A stretch of 62,663 nt of DNA from Candidatus Omnitrophota bacterium (GCA_041653595.1 JBAZFB010000008.1:1-62663), one strand, 5' to 3'; positions 20,424 through 31,083 are shown, counted from the stretch's first letter. A program made the numbers and translations. Notes: generated by a model not told the origin, from the letters alone.

Positions 20424-21690
20424 TCAAAAGGTCGCGATAGAGCGGGAATCTCTTTACCATTGCGCGCACTTTTTCCTTTACGCGGCCTGCGGCCGCCGCA
20501 TCTGTGATATTGCTTAAAACCTCGTCGATGAGCCCGGCTATCTCCTCCATCTCTTTCTCTTTCATGCCGCGCGTAGTGACGGCGGGAACGCCTATCCTTA
20601 CCCCGCTCGGTTTCGCCGGGGGATTCGGGTCGTAAGGGATCGTATTTTTGTTCACGGTTATGCCGGCCTTGTCGAGGGCTTCCTGGGCGTCCTTGCCGTT
20701 CAGGCCTTTATCCTCAGCAGAGCTGAGGACTTTGCTGTTGAGGTCCAGCGAGAATAAGTGGTTGTCTGTCCCGCCCGAGACAATCCTATAGCCGCGTTTC
20801 TGGAATTCGGACGCCAGCGCGCGCGCATTTTTCAATATCTGGTTCTGGTAGTCCTTGAATTCAGGCTTCAACGCCTCTTTGAATGAAACCGCTTTCGCCG
20901 CGATGACATGCATCAACGGCCCGCCCTGGATGCCGGGGAAGACCATCGAATCGATCTTTCTCGCGAACTCTTTTTTGCATAAGATCATGCCCCCGCGCGG
21001 GCCGCGCAGGGTCTTGTGCGTCGTGGTAGTCACGAATTCGGCGTAAGGGACCGGGTCCGGATGTATGCCTGCGGCGACAAGACCGGCGAAATGGGCCATA
21101 TCGACCATGAGAAACGCGCCCACTTTGTCGCATATCTGGCGGAACCTCTTGAAATCTATCGAGCGTGAATAATTCGAGGCGCCGGCGAGTATCATCTTCG
21201 GCTTGCATTGGAGGGCCGACTTTTCTATCTCGTCGTAGTCGAGCATCTCGGTCTTGCGGTCGACCATATAAGGGACGATGTTAAAATACTTGCCGGAGAA
21301 ATTCGCCTTGTGGCCGTGGGTGAGATGGCCTCCGCAAGCGAGGTCGAGGGCCATGACCGTATCACCCATGTTAAGCGCCGAAAAATATACGGCCATGTTC
21401 GCCGACGAACCGCAGTGCGGCTGGACGTTGGCGTGTTCGGCCTTGAACAATTCCTTCGCGCGCTCGATGGCAAGTTTTTCCGCGGCGTCTATATGCTCAC
21501 AGCCGCCGTACCACCGCGCGGCCGGATAGCCCTCGGCGTATTTGTTCGTAAGGACCGAGCCCTGCGCCTCAAGGACAGCGCGGCTTACGAAATTCTCGCT
21601 CGCGATGAGCTCTATATTCTCCTCCTCGCGGCGCGTCTCGTTTATTATCGCCTCGTAGATCTCCGGATCCACCCTCTTGAGATTCTTCAT
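20413..21690 (-). CDS. glyA: Serine hydroxymethyltransferase
   Basis: ..[14 protein letters not shown].. PLP-lysine motif. 425 aa. Confidence 0.95.
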   Translation of the reverse strand: MKNLKRVDPEIYEAIINETRREEENIELIASENFVSRAVLEAQGSVLTNKYAEGYPAARWYGGCEHIDAAEKLAIERAKELFKAEHANVQPHCGSSANMAVYFSALNMGDTVMALDLACGGHLTHGHKANFSGKYFNIVPYMVDRKTEMLDYDEIEKSALQCKPKMILAGASNYSRSIDFKRFRQICDKVGAFLMVDMAHFAGLVAAGIHPDPVPYAEFVTTTTHKTLRGPRGGMILCKKEFARKIDSMVFPGIQGGPLMHVIAAKAVSFKEALKPEFKDYQNQILKNARALASEFQKRGYRIVSGGTDNHLFSLDLNSKVLSSAEDKGLNGKDAQEALDKAGITVNKNTIPYDPNPPAKPSGVRIGVPAVTTRGMKEKEMEEIAGLIDEVLSNITDAAAAGRVKEKVRAMVKRFPLYRDLLNEA

Positions 21691-22130
21691 TTACACGCCT
21701 CCAGGTCGGATATCTGCTTTACCCTCCTTAAGTGCCTCCCGCCGAGCCTCCTCGTCGAAAGCCACACGTCCAATATCTTCTTCACTTTATAATTGTTCAT
21801 CGATCTCGAGCCGAAGACTATGACGTTCGCGTCATTGTGCTCGCGGGAGGAGCGCGCGTCCTCGATATTGTAGACGAGGGCGGCCCTCACGCCGCGGGCT
21901 TTGTTAGCGACTATCGACATGCCTATCCCGCTTTTGCATATCAATATGCCGCGCGCGAATTTTTTCTTCCCGACCGCTTCCGCGACAAGGAACCCGTATT
22001 TGGGATAATCGCACGATTCCGGCGTATAGCACCCGAAATCCTTTATCTCATAGCCTTTCGACTTTAGGTATTTTATGACCTTGTTTTTAAGGTCGTAACC
22101 GCCGTGGTCGGCGCCGACAGCTATCCGCAT
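21687..22130 (-). CDS. rpiB: Ribose-5-phosphate isomerase B
   Basis: [15 protein letters not shown].. and ..[14 protein letters not shown]... 147 aa. Confidence 0.9.
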   Translation of the reverse strand: MRIAVGADHGGYDLKNKVIKYLKSKGYEIKDFGCYTPESCDYPKYGFLVAEAVGKKKFARGILICKSGIGMSIVANKARGVRAALVYNIEDARSSREHNDANVIVFGSRSMNNYKVKKILDVWLSTRRLGGRHLRRVKQISDLEACK

Positions 22131-22594
22131 ATCTTCCTCCCTAACTTTTCTATCGCGTCTTTTAAGGTCATAAGGACCGATTCATAGACCTCTTTCGGTT
22201 TCCCGATCGGGTCGACGACCCTGAGGTTTTTGGGTTTCTCGCTGTCGCCGCTATAGGCGTAATCCAAAAGCAGGTGCGTCTTGCCCTCGGCTTCGGGCAA
22301 AATCCCGGTAACCGCCGCCACGTGCACCGGCTCCATGCATAGGATCAGGTCGTATTCCCCTATCAAGCGGCCGGAGACGGACTGCGCCCGGTGGGACGAT
22401 ACGTCCACATGCTCCCTCTTCATCACGTCTATCGCGTTCGAGCTTGCCATCATCCCGGGGATCGTCGCTATCCCGGCCGAGGCGACTCTGACATCGCCGC
22501 AGCCGTGGTCTTTGAGCCATTTTTTAAAAAGCCCCTCGGCCATGACGCTGCGGCATGAATTGCCGGTGCATACCATCAATACGGATTTTATCAT
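22121..22594 (-). CDS. Low-molecular-weight protein tyrosine/arginine phosphatase
   Basis: CX5R(S) loop VCTGNSCRS at the N-terminus and a DP motif near the C-terminus. 157 aa. Confidence 0.85.
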   Translation of the reverse strand: MIKSVLMVCTGNSCRSVMAEGLFKKWLKDHGCGDVRVASAGIATIPGMMASSNAIDVMKREHVDVSSHRAQSVSGRLIGEYDLILCMEPVHVAAVTGILPEAEGKTHLLLDYAYSGDSEKPKNLRVVDPIGKPKEVYESVLMTLKDAIEKLGRKICG

Positions 22595-23190
22595 ATCCGC
22601 TCGATCTCCGCTTTCGGTATCGCGCCTTCGCGCAATACCTTGGGCCTGCGGCCGGTCATGTCTACGACCGTAGACTCGATGCCGATCGCCGTCTTGCCGC
22701 CGTCAATTACGATATCGACCTTCCCGTCGAGGTCGCGTAATACTTCCGCGGCGCTCGTCGGCGGTTTATTACCCGATATGTTCGCGCTGGGCGCGACGAC
22801 CGGGACGCCTGCTTTTTTTATCAGGCCGAAGGCGATCTTATTGTCCGGCATCCTGAAACCGGTTTTTTTTCCGCGGCTGTCCCTCAATATTATCGTCAAC
22901 GGGCCCGGCCAATACTTTTTTATTAATCTCTCCGCGCCGGCCGGTATCTTTCCGGTTATCTTCCTGACCGAGGCCGTATCGGCTACGTGCACCGTAAGCG
23001 GCTTGTTCTTCGGGCGCTTCTTTATTTCATATATTTTCTTTATCGCCTTTTTATCGAGGAGGTTCGCGCCGAGGCCATATACAGTCTCGGTCGGGAAAAC
23101 CACCAACCCTCCCTTTTTAAGCTCCGCGGCCGCCTTCTTTATCTTCGCCGCTTCGGGTTTCGAAGCGTTGACACGCAGGACTTCCGTCAT
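22591..23190 (-). CDS. tsaC: L-threonylcarbamoyladenylate synthase (YrdC/YwlC/Sua5 short form)
   Basis: ..GGLVVFPTETVYGLGAN.. and ..VVAPSANISG... 199 aa. Confidence 0.88.
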   Translation of the reverse strand: MTEVLRVNASKPEAAKIKKAAAELKKGGLVVFPTETVYGLGANLLDKKAIKKIYEIKKRPKNKPLTVHVADTASVRKITGKIPAGAERLIKKYWPGPLTIILRDSRGKKTGFRMPDNKIAFGLIKKAGVPVVAPSANISGNKPPTSAAEVLRDLDGKVDIVIDGGKTAIGIESTVVDMTGRRPKVLREGAIPKAEIERI

Positions 23191-23681
23191 ATCTTCAGTT
23201 TTTTATTCTTCGCTATTACGTCGGCCTCAAGCCTTCTCTTGAAGGCGTTGAGCTCCCCGGCGATCTTCTTGTCGCTTAGGGCCAGGATCTGCAGCGCAAA
23301 TATAGAAGCGTTCCTCGCGCCTGATTTTCCTATCGCCATCGTCGCGACCGGGACGCCGTAAGGCATCTGCACCGTCGAGAAGAGGGAATCCATCCCGTTA
23401 AGGCTGCTCGTCTCCATCGGGACTCCGATGACCGGCAATCTAGTCAGGGACGCGATGACTCCGGCCAGGTGCGCGGCTCCGCCGGCGGCGGCTATTACGA
23501 CCTTTATGCCTTTCTTCTCCGCCGACCTCGCAAAATCATGCACCAGGCCCGGGCTCCTGTGGGCAGACATTATTTTAAGCTCAAAAAGCACTTTAAAATC
23601 CTTCAATACCTTAAGCCCCTCTTCCATCGCCGGAAGGTCTGAATCTGAACCTAATATGACCGCGATCCTTGGATTCGCCAT
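23187..23681 (-). CDS. purE: N5-carboxyaminoimidazole ribonucleotide mutase
   Basis: ..ILGSDSDLP..SAHRSP..AGGAAHLAGV... 164 aa. Confidence 0.92.
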   Translation of the reverse strand: MANPRIAVILGSDSDLPAMEEGLKVLKDFKVLFELKIMSAHRSPGLVHDFARSAEKKGIKVVIAAAGGAAHLAGVIASLTRLPVIGVPMETSSLNGMDSLFSTVQMPYGVPVATMAIGKSGARNASIFALQILALSDKKIAGELNAFKRRLEADVIAKNKKLKI

Positions 23682-23687
23682 TTTCTA

Positions 23688-24962
23688 TTATCTCCTGTTT
23701 AGCGCCCTGTAGCCTATATCCCTTCTGAAATGCATCCCCTCGAACTCTATGAAATTTACGGCGTTATAACACCTCGCTATCGCCTCTTGTATGTCCGGGC
23801 CGAGCGCCGTCACGCTAAGGACCCGGCCGCCCGCGGTCACGATCTTCCCGTCGGATATCTTCGTGCCGGCATGAAAGATGTGGACATCTTTCATTTTTTC
23901 CAAGGCATCCAGCCCCTCGATCTCGAAACCCGTCTTATATTCCCCCGGATACCCGCCCGAAGAGAGCACTACCGAGACGCACGGCCTCTCGTCCCACTCG
24001 AGCAGGGCGATATCTATCTCATCGTCCACCGAGGCCTCGATCAATTCGACGAAATCGCTTTTTAAGCGGGGAAGTATCGCCTGGGTCTCGGGGTCTCCGA
24101 ACCTGCAGTTGAACTCGAGCAGCTTCGGCCCGGAACCGTCTATCATCAGCCCCGCGTACAGGGCGCCGGTATATTTTATTCCCTCTTTGCGCAGCCCCTC
24201 TATCGCAGGCTTGATTATATCTTTCATCACCGCATCCATCATCGCTTCCGGGACGACAGGCGCGGGCGAATACGCGCCCATACCGCCGGTATTCGGGCCT
24301 TTGTCCCCGTCAAATATCCTCTTGTGGTCCTGCGCCGAGGCGAGGGGGACGGCATCTTTCCCGTCAGTGACGACTATGATAGACGCCTCTTCGCCTTCGA
24401 GGCATTCCTCGATCACCACTTTTTTTCCCGCGTCCTTGAATATCTTACGTTCCATCATCGCCTCTACAGCGGCGATCCCCTCTTCTTTTTCGGAACAGAC
24501 GACTACGCCTTTTCCTGCGGCGAGCCCGTCCGCTTTCACGACAAACCTGCCCTTAAATCCTTTTATATATTTTTTCGCGGCATCGCTGTCGGTGAAGACC
24601 TCGAATTTCGCGGTCGGGATGCCGTATTTTTTCGCGAGCTCTTTCATGAAGACCTTGCTCGACTCGAGCCGCGCGGCCTCCTTTGACGGACCGAATACCC
24701 TGAGGCCGTTCGCGCAGAATTTATCCACTATACCGCCGGAGAGCGGCGCCTCAGGCCCGACGACGGTAAGGTCCATTTTATTCCTCGAGGCGAAAGCTGT
24801 CAGGGCGGCTATGTCATCGGCTTTTATATCTACGCATTCGGCGATCTGCGATATCCCGCCGTTCCCCGGCGCGCAGAATACCTTGTCGACCAGCGGCGAC
24901 TGCCTTATCTTCCAGGCGAGCGCGTGCTCCCTCCCGCCCGAACCGACCACTAAAACCCGCAT
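23688..24962 (-). CDS. purD: Phosphoribosylamine-glycine ligase
   Basis: MRVLVVGSGGREHALAWK.. and ..GPNTGGMGAYSP... 424 aa. Confidence 0.95.
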   Translation of the reverse strand: MRVLVVGSGGREHALAWKIRQSPLVDKVFCAPGNGGISQIAECVDIKADDIAALTAFASRNKMDLTVVGPEAPLSGGIVDKFCANGLRVFGPSKEAARLESSKVFMKELAKKYGIPTAKFEVFTDSDAAKKYIKGFKGRFVVKADGLAAGKGVVVCSEKEEGIAAVEAMMERKIFKDAGKKVVIEECLEGEEASIIVVTDGKDAVPLASAQDHKRIFDGDKGPNTGGMGAYSPAPVVPEAMMDAVMKDIIKPAIEGLRKEGIKYTGALYAGLMIDGSGPKLLEFNCRFGDPETQAILPRLKSDFVELIEASVDDEIDIALLEWDERPCVSVVLSSGGYPGEYKTGFEIEGLDALEKMKDVHIFHAGTKISDGKIVTAGGRVLSVTALGPDIQEAIARCYNAVNFIEFEGMHFRRDIGYRALNRR

Positions 24963-25978
24963 ATTATCCTTACTTTGCCCCCTCGCTTCGCGCGGGACTT
25001 TGCCTTCCCGTTATCCACCGAACCGACGATCCACGAATCTATCTTCCATTTATCAAATATCTTTTTAGCGGTCCCGTAATCTTTCGGGTCGATCACGATT
25101 ATCATCCCAAGGCCCATATTGAAGGTGCGGAACATCTCTATCTCGTCTATCTTTCCCTTCCGCTGTATTCTCCTGAATATCTCCGGGACTACCCATGAGC
25201 CTTTCTCGATGACAAGGGTCTTGTCCTTAGGAACGATGCGCGGCAATTTCTCGAAATAGGCGCCGCCGGTTATATGCGCGATGCCTTTTATCTCCGCTTT
25301 TTTCTTCAGTTCCAATATGGGCTTGACATATATCCTCGTCGGACGGAGCAGCTCTTTTGAAAGGGCCTTCTGCTCGGCCCGTGAAAATACTTTCCTGACC
25401 AATGAATACCCGTTCGAATGCAGGCCGTTCGAGGCAAGCCCTATCGCGATATCGCCGGCCTTTATCTTCGAACTGTCGACTATCCCCTTCCTCTCGACCG
25501 CCCCGACGCAAAATCCGGCGAGGTCATATTCGCCTTCTTTATAGAACGCCGGCATCTCCGCGGTCTCGCCGCCTATCAACGCGCAACCCGCCTGCCTGCA
25601 TCCCTCGGCGATGCCCTTCATGACATCGGTCAGGACTTTTTTATCTATCTTTCCGGTAGCGATATAATCAAGGAAGAAGAGCGGTTCGGCGCCCGAGGTC
25701 AGGATGTCATTGACGTTCATCGCGACCATATCAATGCCGACGGTATCATGCTTGCCCGCCAGGAATGCGATCTTTAATTTCGTGCCGACCCCGTCGGTGG
25801 ATGAGACGAGCACCGGGTCCTTATATCCGGCCGCCTTGAGATCAAAGAGCCCGCCGAACCCGCCGAGCCTGCAGTCCGCGCCCTTGCGCGCCGTCGACTT
25901 CGTATATTTCTTTATCGCCTCGACAAAACGGCTTCCTTCGCGCACATCGACGCCGGCTTTTTTGTATGTAAGGCCCAT
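24950..25978 (-). CDS. purM: Phosphoribosylformylglycinamidine cyclo-ligase (AIR synthase)
   Basis: ..YKKAGVD.. and ..STDGVGTKLKIA... 342 aa. Confidence 0.95.
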   Translation of the reverse strand: MGLTYKKAGVDVREGSRFVEAIKKYTKSTARKGADCRLGGFGGLFDLKAAGYKDPVLVSSTDGVGTKLKIAFLAGKHDTVGIDMVAMNVNDILTSGAEPLFFLDYIATGKIDKKVLTDVMKGIAEGCRQAGCALIGGETAEMPAFYKEGEYDLAGFCVGAVERKGIVDSSKIKAGDIAIGLASNGLHSNGYSLVRKVFSRAEQKALSKELLRPTRIYVKPILELKKKAEIKGIAHITGGAYFEKLPRIVPKDKTLVIEKGSWVVPEIFRRIQRKGKIDEIEMFRTFNMGLGMIIVIDPKDYGTAKKIFDKWKIDSWIVGSVDNGKAKSRAKRGGKVRIICGF

Positions 25979-25979
25979 A

Positions 25980-27377
25980 TCAATACCCCTTATGCTCTGT
26001 GGCGAACTTATTCGCCTCGCCGCCGAAAGGCACCGGATAGTCCCCTGTATAACATGCGGTGCAGTAATTGCCCGGGCATGAGACGCAGCTTAATAACCCC
26101 TCGACCGAAAGATATCCGAGCGTCGTGACGCCCAAAAACTTCCTTATCTCCTCTATCGAATGCGTCGCCGCTATCAGTTCTTTCTTGGTCGGAAAATCTA
26201 TGCCGTAAAAACACGGGTGTTTTATCGGGGGGCAAGATATCCTCATATGGACTTCCTTGGCGCCCGCGTCATAAAGTTTCTTGATCCTCGCGCGGGAGGT
26301 CGTCCCGCGGACGATCGAATCGTCGACGACGATCACCTTCTTGTCCTTCAGGAGCGCCTTTATCGGGTTCAATTTTATCTTTACGCTGAAATCGCGTATA
26401 TGCTGCAGCGGCTGGATGAATGTCCTGCCGATGTAATGGTTCCTTATTATGCCCATCTCGATCGGTATTCCCGACTCGTGCGAAAGGCCGAGCGCGGCCG
26501 GCGTGCCCGAGTCAGGCACCGGGATGATGAGATCGGCATCGACCGGATGCTCATTCGCGAGCTTGTGGCCGAGCCTCTGCCTTACCAGGTGGACCGACTC
26601 GCCGAATATGAAAGAATCCGGCCTCGCGAAATAAACATGCTCGAATATGCAATGCGAGATCCTCTTGCTCTCGCCGAACGGCTTGGTCGAACGCAGGCCT
26701 TTCTTCGTGATATACAAGACCTCTCCCGGCTCGATCTCGCGGACGAATTCCGCCTCGATAAGGTCGAGCGCCGTCGTCTCGCTGGCCAATACGTATGCGT
26801 CGCCGAGTTTCCCCAGGCAGAGCGGCCTCCATCCATGCGGGTCGCGGACCCCGACGAGCATATCCTCCTTCATTATTACGAGCGAGAAGGCGCCTTTCAG
26901 CTGCTTGAGCGTATAGACAAGCCCTTCTTCGAAATTTTTGTGCTCGGGCCGCGCCAACAGGTGTATTATTATCTCCGAATCGAGAGTCGTCTGGAATATC
27001 GAGCCGCGGGCTTCGAGCTCGTCGCGCAAGCGCGCGCCGTTGACGAGGTTGCCGTTGTGGCCGACAGCCACTGTGCCGCGGGAATAATCAACCACGACCG
27101 GCTGCGCGTTCTTCAGCGTCGTAGACCCGGTGGTCGAATACCTGACATGGCCTATCGCGACGTCGCCTTTCAGTCCGGCCAGGACCCCTTCGTTGAAGAC
27201 TTCCGGGACCAGGCCCATCCCTTTGTGTAAATGCGTTTCGCCGTCGAAAGACGCTATACCTGCCGACTCCTCCCCGCGGTGCTGAAGCGCATACAGTCCG
27301 AGATATGTAAGCCGCGCCGCGTCCTTGTGCCCGTAGACGCCGAACAGTCCGCAGTGGTGCTTGATCTTATCGCCCAT
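25980..27377 (-). CDS. purF: Amidophosphoribosyltransferase
   Basis: N-terminal nucleophile region ..HHCGLFGVYGH.. and PRPP loop VIVVDDSIVRGTTS. The start is moved to MGDKIK (27377); the ORF-track extension to 27533 would overlap purQ. Confidence 0.92.
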   Translation of the reverse strand: MGDKIKHHCGLFGVYGHKDAARLTYLGLYALQHRGEESAGIASFDGETHLHKGMGLVPEVFNEGVLAGLKGDVAIGHVRYSTTGSTTLKNAQPVVVDYSRGTVAVGHNGNLVNGARLRDELEARGSIFQTTLDSEIIIHLLARPEHKNFEEGLVYTLKQLKGAFSLVIMKEDMLVGVRDPHGWRPLCLGKLGDAYVLASETTALDLIEAEFVREIEPGEVLYITKKGLRSTKPFGESKRISHCIFEHVYFARPDSFIFGESVHLVRQRLGHKLANEHPVDADLIIPVPDSGTPAALGLSHESGIPIEMGIIRNHYIGRTFIQPLQHIRDFSVKIKLNPIKALLKDKKVIVVDDSIVRGTTSRARIKKLYDAGAKEVHMRISCPPIKHPCFYGIDFPTKKELIAATHSIEEIRKFLGVTTLGYLSVEGLLSCVSCPGNYCTACYTGDYPVPFGGEANKFATEHKGY

Positions 27378-27385
27378 TTTCACCT

Positions 27386-28195
27386 CTAGACATTTTTTAC
27401 CCCGTTCCTGAAAATACTCACCCCGTCCCCTTCCCTCTGCGCCTCGCCGCGCGTCCAGCGCGGGTGCTGGGAAGCGAATAGATGCCTCTCCGGATGCGGC
27501 ATAAGCCCGAATATCCTGCCGGTGATGTCGCACACGCCGGCTATGTCATCGACCGACCCGTTGGGGTTCCAGGGGAACCCGGCGAGCTTGCCGTACGGGT
27601 CGACATACCTGAAAACGACCTGCCCGTTCGCCCATAATTTCCCCAGGACCTCGTCGTCCTTCGGGATGAATTTTCCTTCGCCGTGCGCGGCGGGCACATA
27701 TATCATGCGTTCGATGTCCCTGGTCCAAACGCACTTGTTCCGGGATCCGCTGTTCAGCCCCTTAGCGGCCTTAAGATAGACCCACCTGTCCTCATAGCGC
27801 GCCGTGTCGTTGGTCGTAAGCGTCGCCTCCAGCTGCTCGCCGTTTACTCCCTTTCCCGGCAGAAGGCCCGCCTTTACGAGGACCTGGAAACCGTTGCATA
27901 TCCCGATGATAAGTTTTCCGGCGCCCACGAATTTCCCGAGGTCCCCGGCCAATTTGTATTTTAATTCGTTCGCGAGTATCTTTCCCGAACCGACGTCGTC
28001 GCCGTAAGTGAACCCGCCCGGCACGGCCATGATATGGTAGTCGCGCAGTTTCTTCTCTCCGCTGATAAGCTGGTTTATATGCACGGATTCGGATCTCGCG
28101 CCGGCGTGTTCGAACGCGAAAGCCGTCTCCACATCGCAATTCGTCCCGGCCGCGCGGAGGACTATGACCTTCGGCCTTCTCTTTATCGCTACCAT
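27386..28195 (-). CDS. purQ: FGAM synthase, glutamine amidotransferase subunit
   Basis: ..GICNGFQVL.. (Cys nucleophile) and ..MPHPER... 269 aa. Confidence 0.93.
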   Translation of the reverse strand: MVAIKRRPKVIVLRAAGTNCDVETAFAFEHAGARSESVHINQLISGEKKLRDYHIMAVPGGFTYGDDVGSGKILANELKYKLAGDLGKFVGAGKLIIGICNGFQVLVKAGLLPGKGVNGEQLEATLTTNDTARYEDRWVYLKAAKGLNSGSRNKCVWTRDIERMIYVPAAHGEGKFIPKDDEVLGKLWANGQVVFRYVDPYGKLAGFPWNPNGSVDDIAGVCDITGRIFGLMPHPERHLFASQHPRWTRGEAQREGDGVSIFRNGVKNV

Positions 28196-31083
28196 CTTAA
28201 CGGCCTCTGCCAGGCCTCCTTCAGTTCTTTACGGTCGGTCCTTACGACGATATCCCCTCCGGCGCCGTAGACCGTAAAATATTTCTCCTCGAGGACGCCG
28301 CCTATGAGCCCGATCGCCGCGCCCCTCATCGCCTTCTCGAACCTCTTCTTTTTTCCCGGGCTGACGCCGGCGATGAAACGGGTATTCGACTCCGAAAATA
28401 ATATGATGTCGTCGCGCTTCTTCCCTCGCGTGCCGTATTTTACCTTGAAAGGCGCTTTTTCCAGTTTTATCTCGGCGCCGAACCCTCCGGCAAACGCCAT
28501 CTCGGCCGCCGCCACCCCTATGCCGCCCTCCGAACAATCATGGCAGGCGTTCACGAGGCCGGCCCTTATCGCGCGGCTCAACTTCTCCATCAGCGCGCGG
28601 CTGCGTTTCGCGTCAACGGTCGGCACGGAATTCCCTATCGCTGCGCCGCGCGATTTATAATAATATGAACCGCCGAGCTCATCATATGTCATCCCGACTA
28701 CGTATATCAGGTCGCCCGCTTCCTTGAAATCCATGGTGATGCATTTCTTTACGTTATCGGCCACGCTGATAGCCGAAACGAGCAGGGTCCCGGGGATCGA
28801 CACGCGTTTTTTGCCGACGATATATTCATTATGAAGGCTGTCTTTGCCCGAGATGAAAGGCGCCTGGAAACCCTTCGACATATCATAACAACCCTGAGCC
28901 GCCCTCACGAGGCTGCCCAATTGCGACGGCTGGTCCGTGTCGCCCCAGCAGAAATTATCCAGCAGCGCCACCTCTTTCAGGTCGCCGCCTACCGCAATTA
29001 CCTGCCTCAGCGCCTCGTCGATATTCGACGCCGCCATCCAGTACGGGTCGATCTCTCCGTACCTCGGATTTATCCCGTTCGATATTATCACGCCTTTATC
29101 CGAATCTAATATAGGCCTGGCTACCGCGGCGTCGGACGGCCCGTCGTTATTTACGCCGACAAGCGGTTTTATGACCGAGCCGGCCTGGACCTCGTGGTCG
29201 TATTGCCTTATTATCCATTCCTTGCTGCAGACGTTCCAATCGGATAATATCCTTAAGAGCGACGGGGTCAGGTCCTTCGGGCACGCGAACCGCGGCTCGG
29301 CGCGCTTCGGCCTGTTCCATCTCGCCTTCCTTACGGTCTTCGGCAGGCCGTCGTGCAGGAATTTCATATCGAGGTCGCAGACCCTGTTCCTTTTATAAAA
29401 AAGTTCCAGTTTTTTCGTGCGGGTAAACTCGCCGATCACCGTCGCCTCGACATCCTCTCTTTCGAAGACCTCGAGCAGTCTTTTTACTTTGTTCTTCGGC
29501 ACCGAGAGGACCATCCTCTCCTGCGCTTCTGATATCCATATCTCGGTATAGGTCAGCCCCTCGTATTTGAGCGGTATCCTGTCGAGGTCGATCCTGACAC
29601 CGGTCTTCTCTCCCATTTCGCCGACAGCGCTCGATAATCCGCCGCCGCCGCAATCTGTTATCGCGTCATAAAGATCGAGGTCTCGCGCCTTCAGGATACA
29701 GTCGGCCATCTTTTTTTCCTCGATGGGATTCCCGATCTGGACCGCCTGCGCCGAGACCTGCTCCGACTCCGAGGTCAATTCCCCGGACGAGAATGTCGCG
29801 CCGTGTATCCCGTCGCGGCCGGTCTTCCCTCCCACGAGGACGACCAGGTCCCCGCTCTCAACCTCTTTAAAAGACTTTTCTTTCGGCATAATGCCGACAT
29901 TCCCGCAATAGACCAGGGGATTGCCGAGGTACCTGTTGTCAAAGAGCACGGCGCCGTTCACGGTCGGTATCCCCATCTTATTCCCGTAATCGCGCACGCC
30001 GGCGACGACGCCTTTCATCACCCTCTTCGGGTGAAGGACGCCTTTAGGCAGGCGGTTAAAAGCGTAATCAGGCTCGCCGAAGCAGAATACGTCGGTATTT
30101 AAGATCGGCTTCGCGCCGAGGCCGGTGCCGAGCGGGTCGCGTATCACGCCGCCCAAGCCCGTATTCGCGCCGCCGTACGGCTCTATCGCCGACGGATGGT
30201 TATGCGTCTCGGCCTTGAAGCATACGTTATATCTTTCGTCGAACCTGATGACCCCGGAATTATCCTTGAATACCGAGACGCACCACGGCTTCTTGAGCTC
30301 GGCGGTCGCCTTCATTATCGTCTCTTTAAGGAGGTTGTTTATGAATCGCTTTTTCCCGCCGGACTCGTAATCTATCAGGCCGCGGAATGTCTTGTGGCCG
30401 CAATGCTCGGACCACGTCTGCGCGAGCGTCTCAAGCTCGACATCGGCCGGCTCGCGCCCGAGGACGGCAAAATACTCCCTTATCCTGCGCATCTCGGTGA
30501 GATCCAGGAATAATTGGCCTTCTTTGCTTATACTCTCGAGATCTTTGTCCGAAGAGCCCGAGAGGCCCACCTTTGTAAGTTTGAAATGGTATTGCGGAGG
30601 GTTTTTTAAGGTGTAGGAGCCCGGCCCGGTCACGACATGCTGGATGACTTTATTGAAGAGGAGCTTCTCGCTTATCGTCTTAAGCCGGCCCCCGGACACC
30701 TTCCCGTTGATGATATATTTTTTTGCGGTCTTGACCGATTCGACGCCTTTTACGCCGAGATCGAGGATGCCTTTTTTCACGCTCTCCTCGACCGGGTCCA
30801 TCACCCCGGCGTTATAGGTCACCTCGACGATGGCCTTATTTTTCGCGCGGGTATTCCTGCCGGTTATGGGGCTCGACCTGAATGAATAAACCTGGGTAAC
30901 AGGGTCGGTAAGCAGTTCCCCGGAGATCCTCTTTATCCCGGACCGGGAAACATTGCCTTCGATTATATATACCTGCGCGACCTCGACCGACTCGACGCCT
31001 TTTATTCCCAGGTCCTCTATGTCCCTCTTGACGCCGGAGTCGAAGCCATCGTTCCTATCGCATACTTCAACGCGCCACAGCAC
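28189..31083 (-). CDS. purL: FGAM synthase PurL, fused to two N-terminal PurS-like modules (PurS-PurS-PurL)
   Basis: 964 aa. The PurL core carries ..TWSEHCGHKTF.. and ..DCGGGGLSSAVGE... Ahead of it are two similar ~60-aa segments (..DIEDLGIKGVESVEVAQVYIIEGNVS..ISGELLTDPVTQ.. and ..GILDLGVKGVESVKTAKKYIINGKVS..ISEKLLFNKVIQ..). Confidence 0.9.
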   Translation of the reverse strand: MLWRVEVCDRNDGFDSGVKRDIEDLGIKGVESVEVAQVYIIEGNVSRSGIKRISGELLTDPVTQVYSFRSSPITGRNTRAKNKAIVEVTYNAGVMDPVEESVKKGILDLGVKGVESVKTAKKYIINGKVSGGRLKTISEKLLFNKVIQHVVTGPGSYTLKNPPQYHFKLTKVGLSGSSDKDLESISKEGQLFLDLTEMRRIREYFAVLGREPADVELETLAQTWSEHCGHKTFRGLIDYESGGKKRFINNLLKETIMKATAELKKPWCVSVFKDNSGVIRFDERYNVCFKAETHNHPSAIEPYGGANTGLGGVIRDPLGTGLGAKPILNTDVFCFGEPDYAFNRLPKGVLHPKRVMKGVVAGVRDYGNKMGIPTVNGAVLFDNRYLGNPLVYCGNVGIMPKEKSFKEVESGDLVVLVGGKTGRDGIHGATFSSGELTSESEQVSAQAVQIGNPIEEKKMADCILKARDLDLYDAITDCGGGGLSSAVGEMGEKTGVRIDLDRIPLKYEGLTYTEIWISEAQERMVLSVPKNKVKRLLEVFEREDVEATVIGEFTRTKKLELFYKRNRVCDLDMKFLHDGLPKTVRKARWNRPKRAEPRFACPKDLTPSLLRILSDWNVCSKEWIIRQYDHEVQAGSVIKPLVGVNNDGPSDAAVARPILDSDKGVIISNGINPRYGEIDPYWMAASNIDEALRQVIAVGGDLKEVALLDNFCWGDTDQPSQLGSLVRAAQGCYDMSKGFQAPFISGKDSLHNEYIVGKKRVSIPGTLLVSAISVADNVKKCITMDFKEAGDLIYVVGMTYDELGGSYYYKSRGAAIGNSVPTVDAKRSRALMEKLSRAIRAGLVNACHDCSEGGIGVAAAEMAFAGGFGAEIKLEKAPFKVKYGTRGKKRDDIILFSESNTRFIAGVSPGKKKRFEKAMRGAAIGLIGGVLEEKYFTVYGAGGDIVVRTDRKELKEAWQRPLRW

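Noticed and set aside
22251-22520. Arg/Gly/Asp-rich alternative-frame ORFs on the same strand as real genes. Examples are 22251-22520, 27792-28139, 28229-28537 and 44579-44887.
   Set aside because: These are out-of-frame overlaps within conserved enzymes. Their composition (RRRGR-type) is typical of frame-shifted GC-rich sequence, and they have no start context.
23187-23681. Absence of purK next to purE, considered as evidence for a class II (AIR carboxylase) PurE.
   Set aside because: I cannot discriminate class I from class II by eye from the motifs present, and purK may simply be elsewhere in the genome. No claim is made.
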